32,000 bases of DNA, from contig JBBIMW010000002.1 of assembly GCA_037444185.1 (NCBI GenBank), positions 73,433 through 105,432 of the forward strand. Reading direction: 5' to 3'. A program made the translations under genes and the position numbers. Numbering within the stretch: position 1 is the first letter of the stretch; the number at the start of each line of letters is the position of its first letter. This DNA is from Peptococcaceae bacterium (GTDB lineage: Bacteria; Bacillota; Desulfotomaculia; Desulfotomaculales; Desulfocucumaceae). The notes beneath the pieces are model-generated. The model worked only from the letters and a program-made list of their open reading frames with translations, had not been told where the DNA came from and did no database searches. This document shows, piece by piece, positions 25,408 to 32,000 of this stretch.

Positions 25408-26100
25408 TCAGTTTTTGCTTTTTAGGGCTTCCTCCACCGCCTGCTTGGTCATCAGTCCCGCATGATGCATCAATGTGTCGCCAATCTCGGGATCCATAGT
25501 CATGGTGGCCGTGCAGGGATGGGCATGATGTAGAAGCCCGGACTGTTCCACTGCGTCCTTGACGGGTATCCCTGCCAGATTTTTGGCCACGTACCTGGTA
25601 TTCCCGCAGGGCGCCTCCCGCAGAATCTTCACCTCACTCACCTTGTCTTTTTCCACGGTTATCTCCAGCTCCGGCCGGCCGAAGTAACGAACAAAGTCCT
25701 GTATATAGGGGTTTTGGCTGTCCTTTTCCGTGATGGAGCAAAAAACCAGCGGATGAATCATTTCAACTCCTTTGGCGGCCAGTTTCTTTTTAATTTGCCT
25801 GGCCAGCCCCGAAGGAAGATAGGCCTTGTTGTCGATGGGGGCTATAACCGCCCTGGCCCCGGTCATTTTAACCAGGTCCGGGGTCATTTCAGCCACCACC
25901 GGCTCCTCCTGCAGCATCAGCAGCAGATCGCACTGGGGCAAATCAGGGGGCAATAAATCTTCCCAGGAATCATCCACTCCCAGCGATATTTTTGCGGGAA
26001 AAGCATGGTGGTGGATCTCCCATTCCGGCGGGCCGTAGTTTTTCAGCGTTTCGACATACTTGCGGCCGTAGTCACCCTGGATTACCAGAAGAATTCTCAA
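25408..26100 (-). CDS. Small conserved protein of unknown function, tandem copy 2 (DUF166/COG1810-like from memory)
   Basis: A 230-233-aa ORF with conserved PCGNTRYVAKN and HHAHPCTATMTMD motifs. TTG 26100 lies 8 nt after AAGGGGG. The track alternative is GTG 26109. Confidence 0.7.
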   Translation of the reverse strand: MRILLVIQGDYGRKYVETLKNYGPPEWEIHHHAFPAKISLGVDDSWEDLLPPDLPQCDLLLMLQEEPVVAEMTPDLVKMTGARAVIAPIDNKAYLPSGLARQIKKKLAAKGVEMIHPLVFCSITEKDSQNPYIQDFVRYFGRPELEITVEKDKVSEVKILREAPCGNTRYVAKNLAGIPVKDAVEQSGLLHHAHPCTATMTMDPEIGDTLMHHAGLMTKQAVEEALKSKN

Positions 26101-26125
26101 CTGTTTCACCCCCTTTTTTTGTCAG

Positions 26126-27535
26126 TCATGATGTTTGCAGAGGTTTACCCGGGGGTACCCGCCTAAAAGGCTGCCGCGCCGCTTTGGGCACAAGGCCGCC
26201 CACCGGACAGCGCTTCACGCACTCGCGGCAGGACTCACAGCCCAACTCCTCCATGTTTTTATCCTCTTTTGACAATACCACCCTATAATTGTTGACACGC
26301 TTCAACTGAAGGGCATCCGCACCGTTGACCTGTTTGCAGGAGCGGACACATATACCGCATGCCACACAACGGGAGCGGTCAATAAGGAAGTAGGGATTGC
26401 TCTCGTCGATTTCCATTAGAGGCGTTGGGCTGCCAATCATTTCCTGATAGACACCCACGAAATTGGCTACCTCCTGCAGTTTGCAGCGGCCGTTTTTGGA
26501 GCAATTCAAGCAGTCACCATTATGGTTGGCCAACACATTTTTCACCGCTGCCGCCTGTGCTTCCTCCACTTCCGGTGTGTTGGTGCGCACCACTGTTCCT
26601 GGCTTTGCAGGCGCAGTACACGCCGGCACCAGCTTGCCGTTGACCTCCACGGTGCAAACCCGGCAGCCGCCGGAACCTTTAAGCTCGGGGTGATAGCAAA
26701 GATATGGGATGTAAACACCTATTTTCATGGCTGCCTGTAAAACGGTGGAGCCTTCATTTATACTTACCGCCATGTCATCCATGATGATGGTTACTTCCTG
26801 GGCGACTGCGGCCTGGGGTGGCTGAGTCACTGCTTCCGGAGGGGCTTGCAGCTTCTCAGCGATTTTTGCGGGAATAACATCCTGATCCATCTGGCCAAGC
26901 CTCTTGGGCAGAAGGGCCCCCACCGGGCACCGGGCCACGCACTCTCCGCAGGACACGCAATTCGACTCCTGCAGCGGCTTGTCTCCAAGGGTGCTTATTT
27001 TGGTGTCGCGGCCCCGGGAAGCGTAATCAATGGCGCTTATTTGCTGGATTTCCGCGCATGTCCTTACGCAGATGCCGCACAAAATGCAACGGTTATAGTT
27101 TCTTAATATCCACGGGTGGGTTTCATCGATGGGCTTGTGCAACTCAACAGGCCGCAGCTCTTTGCGCTGGACCGGGTCGATCCCTGCAAACCGGGCCACT
27201 TCCTGCAGTTTGCAGTTGAGGTTTTTATCGCAGGCAAGACAGTCCGAATCATGCTCGGCAATGATAATCCCCACAACTGTGCGGCGATACCTGTCCAGGG
27301 CCGGACTCCTGGTTTTGACCACCATTCCTTCGGCAATGGGGGTTCTACAGGAAACAACCATTTTTCCATTCGCCTCCACCATGCATACCCGGCAAAAGCC
27401 GGTGGGCTTTAAGTCGGGATGATGGCAGAGATAGGGTATATAAATGCCATTATCGGAGGCCGCTTCCAAAATGGTTTTTCCCTTTTTGGCGGAAGTTATG
27501 GCCAGACCATCTATGGTAAGATTAACCGCTTCCAT
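26126..27535 (-). CDS. Polyferredoxin made of two tandem NuoG/HydA-N-terminus-like modules ([2Fe-2S] + His-ligated [4Fe-4S] + 2x[4Fe-4S], twice), with no catalytic domain
   Basis: Half A (about aa 1-213) has YLCHHPDLKPTGFCRVC..SC, EHDSDCLACDKNLNC, CILCGICVRTC and CVSCGECVARCP. Half B (about aa 248-469) has YLCYHPELKGSGGCRVC..AC, NHNGDCLNCSKNGRC, CVACGICVRSC and CESCRECVKRCP. The two halves are joined by a Pro/Ala/Gln linker. Confidence 0.8.
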   Translation of the reverse strand: MEAVNLTIDGLAITSAKKGKTILEAASDNGIYIPYLCHHPDLKPTGFCRVCMVEANGKMVVSCRTPIAEGMVVKTRSPALDRYRRTVVGIIIAEHDSDCLACDKNLNCKLQEVARFAGIDPVQRKELRPVELHKPIDETHPWILRNYNRCILCGICVRTCAEIQQISAIDYASRGRDTKISTLGDKPLQESNCVSCGECVARCPVGALLPKRLGQMDQDVIPAKIAEKLQAPPEAVTQPPQAAVAQEVTIIMDDMAVSINEGSTVLQAAMKIGVYIPYLCYHPELKGSGGCRVCTVEVNGKLVPACTAPAKPGTVVRTNTPEVEEAQAAAVKNVLANHNGDCLNCSKNGRCKLQEVANFVGVYQEMIGSPTPLMEIDESNPYFLIDRSRCVACGICVRSCKQVNGADALQLKRVNNYRVVLSKEDKNMEELGCESCRECVKRCPVGGLVPKAARQPFRRVPPGKPLQTS

Positions 27536-27561
27536 TTCCTCTCCTCCTTCCTTTGCGTACG

Positions 27562-29511
27562 TTAACGGCTTCCCGGTCTGCCCCGCTCTAGGACATTAAG
27601 CCTTTCCTGCCCGGTAACCCGTATTATAGCGCGGTATTTGTCAGGACAAGCGTCAATGCACACCCCGCACTTGATGCATTTATCCTGAATGATTTCCGGA
27701 GTCTTTCTCCACCCGCCCACTATTGCCTCGGTGGGGCAGGCGTCCATGCAAAGGCCGCAGGGATCGCAGCACCTGTCAGGATCGATCCAATAGGCGATAA
27801 ATTCTTTGCAATAAAGGGCCGGACAGCTCTTCTCGTGTATATGGGCCTCATATTCGGATTTGAAATAGCGCAGTGTGCTCAGAACCGGGTTGGGGGCGGT
27901 TTGCCCCAGACCGCAGATGGATCCGGCCACCACGGACAATCCTATGTTTTCCAGCAGGGCCAGGTCCGTTGGCTTGCCCCGTCCCTGGGTGATGTCCTCC
28001 AGTATTTTGAGCATCTGGTGGGTTCCTGCGCGGCAGGGCGCACACTGGCCGCACGATTCATTGACTGTGAACTCCAGGAAGTATCTGGCCACATCCACCA
28101 TGCAGGTGCTTTTGTCCATAACCACCATGCCCCCGGAACCCATCATGGCCCCGGCGCTGATCAGTGAGTCGAAATCCACCGGCATGTCCAGCATTTCAAC
28201 CGGCAGGCATCCCCCCGACGGGCCGCCGGTCTGCACCGCCTTGAACTCCTCTCCGGTGGAAATGCCTCCGCCGATGTCGAAAATAATTTCCCTCAGGCTT
28301 ATTCCCATCGGCACTTCAATTAGTCCACTATTTACAATTTTACCGGTCAGGGCAAAAACCGCCGTCCCGGAGTTGTTCTTGGTTCCCATGGAAGCGAACC
28401 AGTCCGGTCCTTTGGTGATAATTTCAGGAATATAGGAGAATGTCTTCACATTGTTCAGCAGGGTGGGCTTGCCCCCAATGCCCTCTTCGGTGGTGCGGGG
28501 CCTGGGCAGTACCTTGGGCATGCCCCGGTTGCCCTCGATGGATTTTACCAGGGCTGTGGACTCGCCGCAAACAAAAGCGCCGGCTCCTTGAAAAATTTCT
28601 ATTTCAAAACTGAAGTCGGTGCCCATTATATTCCGGCCCAGCACATTATACTGTTTGGCCTGGGCGATGGCTATCTTCAGCCGGTCAACCGCCAGCGGGT
28701 ACTCCGCCCGCACATAAATGTACCCGTGGCTGGCGCCGATGGCATAGGCGGCGATGGTCATTCCCTCCAGTACGGAGTGGGGATCCCCTTCCAGAACGGA
28801 ACGGTCCATAAAAGCACCGGGGTCCCCCTCGTCACCATTGCAAACCACATATTTGGGCTCGCCGGCGGCCTTGCGGGCGGAAGCCCATTTTCTCCCGGCG
28901 GGGAATCCGGCGCCGCCCCTGCCACGGATTCCCGAACGGGTGACCATGTCGATTATTTGTTCCGGAGTGTGCTGTGAAAGCGCATTTGCCAGCGCCTGGT
29001 AGCCCCCGATGGCGATATACTCCCGGATGTCTTCGGGGTTTATATGGCCGCAGCGGGACAGTACTATTCTCTGCTGTTTCTTGTAAAAGGGTATTTCCTC
29101 TTCGGTCAGGCATTTGCTGCCGTCCGGATTCTTGTAAAGGAGCCGTTCCACCACCGCGTCCTGCTCCAGTGAAGCGGCAATGATTTCAGCCACATCGCCA
29201 ACCTTCACCAGGGTATAGAAAACGCCCTTCGGCTCGAACCGCACCAGCGGCCCCATTTGGCAGAATCCGTGGCAGCCGCTGATGGCAACGCCGGCCTCTG
29301 TCTCCCCGCCCTCAAAAACAAGCTCCACATCGGCTGTGTGACCCTTCTCCGTCAGCAGCCGCACAAATTCATTGTAAACATCCAAAGCGCCCCCGAGAAC
29401 GCAGCCGGTGCCCGCACAGATCAGAAATCTGGACTTTTGCCGGGCAAAGGCTGTTTCACATGTCTTTTTAATCTCCGCCAAATGGCTTGGGGAGCTTACC
29501 TGCATCATCAT
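27562..29511 (-). CDS. nuoF: NuoF/HydB/HndC-like NAD(H)-binding FMN flavoprotein with N-terminal thioredoxin-like [2Fe-2S] and C-terminal 2x[4Fe-4S] domains
   Basis: Contains GRGGAGFPAGRKW (FMN/NADH site), ESCGQCAPCRAG (N3 cluster), N-terminal CAGTGC..CHGFC, and C-terminal CCDPCGLCMDACP and CIKCGVCIDACP. AAGGAGG precedes three consecutive ATGs (29511, 29508, 29505). Confidence 0.88.
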   Translation of the reverse strand: MMMQVSSPSHLAEIKKTCETAFARQKSRFLICAGTGCVLGGALDVYNEFVRLLTEKGHTADVELVFEGGETEAGVAISGCHGFCQMGPLVRFEPKGVFYTLVKVGDVAEIIAASLEQDAVVERLLYKNPDGSKCLTEEEIPFYKKQQRIVLSRCGHINPEDIREYIAIGGYQALANALSQHTPEQIIDMVTRSGIRGRGGAGFPAGRKWASARKAAGEPKYVVCNGDEGDPGAFMDRSVLEGDPHSVLEGMTIAAYAIGASHGYIYVRAEYPLAVDRLKIAIAQAKQYNVLGRNIMGTDFSFEIEIFQGAGAFVCGESTALVKSIEGNRGMPKVLPRPRTTEEGIGGKPTLLNNVKTFSYIPEIITKGPDWFASMGTKNNSGTAVFALTGKIVNSGLIEVPMGISLREIIFDIGGGISTGEEFKAVQTGGPSGGCLPVEMLDMPVDFDSLISAGAMMGSGGMVVMDKSTCMVDVARYFLEFTVNESCGQCAPCRAGTHQMLKILEDITQGRGKPTDLALLENIGLSVVAGSICGLGQTAPNPVLSTLRYFKSEYEAHIHEKSCPALYCKEFIAYWIDPDRCCDPCGLCMDACPTEAIVGGWRKTPEIIQDKCIKCGVCIDACPDKYRAIIRVTGQERLNVLERGRPGSR

Positions 29512-29548
29512 CTAACCTCCTTATGCCGCCCTTGGCCGGGATACCCTC

Positions 29549-30010
29549 CTAATCCCTGCCCAGCGAGCTCCTTACTTTACCTGGCGCCATCTGACCATAA
29601 ACCTGCTTCCCGACCACCACCACCGGCGCTAAAGCGCACGCGCCCACGCAGGCCACCCGCTCAAGGCTGTATTCATAGTCCTCGGTGGTGCCTCCGTGGC
29701 TTATGCCCAACTCCCGCTCAAAGGCCTCCAGCACCCGGGTGGCGCCTTTCACGTGACAGGCGGTGCCGTAGCAAACCTTTACTTCGTGCTTGCCGCGGCG
29801 TGTGAAATAAAACTGTGTATAAAACGTGGCCACGCCATAGACATGGCTTTCGGGCAAGCGTACAAAACCAGCTATCTCCTTCATTGATTCCTCGGGCAGA
29901 TAGCCAAAGGTCTCCTGGGTATCCTGAAGTATTGGGATCAGTTCGTTGCCGGCTCCCTTATACCTGGAAAATATATTCTTTAGCCCTGCTTCCATTTCTT
30001 CCATAAGCAC
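29549..30010 (-). CDS. nuoE: NuoE/HydC/HndA-like [2Fe-2S] subunit
   Basis: 153 aa with VCYGTACHVKG and ACVGACALAP motifs, directly upstream of the NuoF-like gene. GTG 30010 lies 5 nt after GGGAGGG (alternative ATG 30004). Confidence 0.85.
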   Translation of the reverse strand: MLMEEMEAGLKNIFSRYKGAGNELIPILQDTQETFGYLPEESMKEIAGFVRLPESHVYGVATFYTQFYFTRRGKHEVKVCYGTACHVKGATRVLEAFERELGISHGGTTEDYEYSLERVACVGACALAPVVVVGKQVYGQMAPGKVRSSLGRD

Positions 30011-30057
30011 GGGATCCCTCCCTCGTTTCTTTAGTTGAAAAAGTCCCTGGCTGCGCT

Positions 30058-30078
30058 GCGGCTGCGTGGGGCAGCCGC
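30058..30078 (-). other. GC-rich intercistronic hairpin between cooC-2 and the nuoE-like gene
   Basis: GCGGCTGC (30058-30065) pairs with GCAGCCGC (30071-30078), a perfect 8-bp stem with a 5-nt loop. Only a weak T5 lies about 16 nt further downstream, so it is probably not a full terminator. Confidence 0.4.
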
Positions 30079-30081
30079 CTT

Positions 30082-30858
30082 TCAGGAAAAGGGCGCGCCA
30101 CCCGCTTCCCTCGAAATCTTTTCTTTTAGAGCTTCTATTTCAGCAGTAAAGCTTTTTCCGACATTCGAGGCGGCGGCCGGCGCCAGGGCGCTCCCCCAAA
30201 TATCTTCATCGAATCCAATCAGCCCCAGCAGATGATCGGGACCAAAGCTGCCGGTTATAAACTCCCTTTCCCTGTCAAAGCGAATTTTGTTTCCCACAAC
30301 CTTTGTTTTCCTGATTCCCAGTTCGGCGGCCATTTGCATTATGTGGCGGGCGGTATTCACGCTGTTGCGGTTCGGCTCCACCACCACCAGCATCAAATCC
30401 ACCCCCCTGGCGGTGCCCCGGCTGAGATGCTCAATGCCCGCCCCCATATCCATAATGACCATTTCTCCACGATCCAGCAGGAGGGAGGAAACCAGCGCCT
30501 GAAGGAAAGTGTTTTCCCGGCAGTAGCAGTCCGACCCCCCTTTTTTAACCTCTCCCATGCGCAAAAACCTGATGTTTCCGAGGTGATAAGCGTATTGTTC
30601 CGGCACATCGTCCACCCGGGGATTCAGCAGATAAAAGGAACCGCTGCCACTTCTGGCACTGATCAGATCTTTCATCTCAGCTATTGGCTTAAGCCGGGAG
30701 GCAACCTCCTCCGGGATGCCTACGGCCGCAGCCAGACAGGCGTCCGGATCCCCGTCGATGGCGTAGACCAGTTGCTGTGTCCTGGCAAAAGACAGCACCA
30801 GCGCTGCTGCAATGGTCGTTTTGCCCACTCCGCCTTTACCGGAAACAGCCAGTTTCAT
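30082..30858 (-). CDS. cooC: CooC-type nickel-insertion ATPase, second paralog
   Basis: P-loop GKGGVGKTT at residues 7-15 and CxC motif GGSDCYCREN. It sits between the cdhB-like gene and the Nuo-like module. Confidence 0.85.
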   Translation of the reverse strand: MKLAVSGKGGVGKTTIAAALVLSFARTQQLVYAIDGDPDACLAAAVGIPEEVASRLKPIAEMKDLISARSGSGSFYLLNPRVDDVPEQYAYHLGNIRFLRMGEVKKGGSDCYCRENTFLQALVSSLLLDRGEMVIMDMGAGIEHLSRGTARGVDLMLVVVEPNRNSVNTARHIMQMAAELGIRKTKVVGNKIRFDREREFITGSFGPDHLLGLIGFDEDIWGSALAPAAASNVGKSFTAEIEALKEKISREAGGAPFS

Positions 30859-30889
30859 TAAATCACCCCTGAAAAATTTTATGCGGTTA

Positions 30890-31441
30890 TTAAGACAGGG
30901 CCCTTATGATACCCTCAACATATTCTTGGAACCGCTCCACCTTTTGGAATACAGGAGCTGTGTAATCGGCGTGGGGGTGACCGGCGCTGCAGATAACAAA
31001 GGTCTTGAGGTGAGGCGCATAGTGCTTCAGTGCGGACAGGCCGCCGGCCGCCAGATCGGCCCTGATTCCTGTTATTACCACCAGATCGTGGGGCCCCCAG
31101 CCCTTCACCCCGATCCAGTCCTTCATTTTCAGGAAGCGTATAATTTCAATTATATCGTAAACACAGTCTGGTTTTTTGCCGAGCTCCAGCATCTTTTTCT
31201 TTACGTGGGCCGTCACACAGGTGGGAATATTGATTGTCTCCACCAGCTTCAATACATAGTTGAGCAGCGGCCCTTCCTCCATCTGGACGGCCAGCGCCAC
31301 CGGCCCGATAATATAAAGCGGGCTCCTGGCCTGATTGATTATCTCAGCCGCCTCCACCGGATCGGCGATAACCCTCGCGCTTTTCGTGCCCGTAAGAACA
31401 TTTACCGTATAATAAGGCACGGTCATGGTTTCCCTTGGCAT
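30890..31441 (-). CDS. cdhB: CODH/ACS epsilon subunit (archaeal CdhB-like)
   Basis: 183 aa. It is collinear with my recollection of Methanosarcina CdhB (ARSPLYIIGPVAL vs AKRPLFVVGTGVL; INIPTCVT vs NLPIAATG; C-terminal KTFVICSAGHPHADYT vs KSISIGRDYIQNAT). It lies immediately downstream of a Ni-CODH gene. ATG 31441 has GAGGGAGG 9 nt upstream. Confidence 0.72.
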   Translation of the reverse strand: MPRETMTVPYYTVNVLTGTKSARVIADPVEAAEIINQARSPLYIIGPVALAVQMEEGPLLNYVLKLVETINIPTCVTAHVKKKMLELGKKPDCVYDIIEIIRFLKMKDWIGVKGWGPHDLVVITGIRADLAAGGLSALKHYAPHLKTFVICSAGHPHADYTAPVFQKVERFQEYVEGIIRALS

Positions 31442-31482
31442 TGGCAGTAACCTCCCTCACAGGTTTTTTTATGACAGCTTTT

Positions 31483-32000
31483 CTACTTCACTGTGGCGGA
31501 AATGGGCACCTTGGTATCATAAGTGCCTATGATGGTGGGCAGGGACAAGGTGGCCTTGGGCTTCCAGCCCACTCCCTTGAGGTAGGCCAGCACCTCTTTT
31601 TTGTAGACCAGGGGGATGTCCCGCTCACTGCGAACAAAATTCTGTAGATCATCGGGAAGGGTGCCCATATATTCTCTGTATATGGAAATATAATGATGCA
31701 GCTTGAGGGCCCGGCCCATGGGGGTGTCATTGCGCCTCAGGCACTGCTTGATAATGGTAATCAGAGCCCTTTCCCTGCTTTCCACCACGATTGCCATATG
31801 CTCCGGCGTAGGCTCCTGGGTGTCCACCAGTTGCTCGGTCCGTCCGTCGATTACCGTCCAGTCGTCCTGTTCCTTCTTGCTTATGAACAGCCTTTTATAT
31901 TTGGCGCCGTGGGGACCAAGTACCAGCGGAATTCCCCACCGGTTGGCCCCGGTGCCTATGGCGAGGGCTTTCTGGGAATACGGGCCCCAAACCACTGCGC
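31483..32000 (-). CDS. cdhA: Ni-CODH catalytic subunit, C-terminal fragment (CdhA-type by context); the gene continues beyond the window
   Basis: The frame is open to the window edge. It carries the conserved CODH C-terminal motif QKALAIGTGANRWGIPLVLGP and is followed by cdhB. Confidence 0.75.
   Translation of the reverse strand, partial: AVVWGPYSQKALAIGTGANRWGIPLVLGPHGAKYKRLFISKKEQDDWTVIDGRTEQLVDTQEPTPEHMAIVVESRERALITIIKQCLRRNDTPMGRALKLHHYISIYREYMGTLPDDLQNFVRSERDIPLVYKKEVLAYLKGVGWKPKATLSLPTIIGTYDTKVPISATVK

Larger units (their letters stand above)
24643..26109 (-). repeat. Tandem gene duplication (period 765 bp) of the DUF166-like gene
   Basis: The two ORFs and their ribosome-binding regions align base for base (for example ATTCTTCTGGTAATCCAGGG in both). 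The stops are 765 bp apart (24643 and 25408). Confidence 0.85.

Noticed and set aside
41-31647. All plus-strand ORFs in the track (for example 3379..4431, 10164..11741, 16581..17477 and 13486..14382).
   Set aside because: Each lies entirely antisense to a long minus-strand gene with clear family motifs. Their products are low-complexity Gly/Pro/Arg/His-rich sequences typical of shadow frames in GC-rich DNA, and none has a convincing ribosome-binding site.
1-32000. CRISPR arrays, IS elements or transposases, integrases, tRNA or rRNA genes, and prophage or defence-system signatures.
   Set aside because: None was seen. The only repeats are the 765-bp tandem gene duplication, paralogous gene sets, short palindromes and a 12-bp coding repeat.

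Overview
All credible genes in this 32 kb window (roughly 55% GC by eye) are on the minus strand. Strong GGAGG-type Shine-Dalgarno sites and frequent ATGA/TAATG overlaps suggest an anaerobic Firmicute; a Clostridia/Peptococcaceae-like origin is only my guess. The window is a Wood-Ljungdahl super-locus with three blocks, read here in the direction of transcription (high to low coordinates). (1) 32000-19736: an archaeal-type CODH/ACS cluster. It contains a cdhA 3' fragment, cdhB, cooC, a NuoE/NuoF/duplicated-NuoG-N-terminus flavin and Fe-S module, two tandem copies of a small unknown protein (DUF166-like from memory), a short cdhC-like ACS lacking the bacterial N-terminal domain, acsC-like, a divergent pterin methyltransferase and acsD-like. 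It ends at a hairpin followed by a T9 run. (2) 19584-13246: a bacterial-type acsB-acsC-cooC-acsD-acsE set. Its full-length AcsB lacks the canonical Cys-Gly-Cys nickel motif. (3) 12800-50: hdrA, mvhD, three Flx-like subunits, an hdrD-like (fused CB) gene, a second hdrA, a second mvhD, metV and metF. Both mvhD paralogs are interrupted by an in-frame TGA at a conserved cysteine position, a different one in each. Each TGA is followed 13 nt later by a 7-bp stem / 3-nt loop hairpin, so both are probably selenoproteins that the ORF track splits or truncates. I saw no rRNA, tRNA, CRISPR array or mobile element. All plus-strand ORFs look like antisense shadows of minus-strand genes. No database search or RNA folding was possible, so every family assignment rests on motif recognition.
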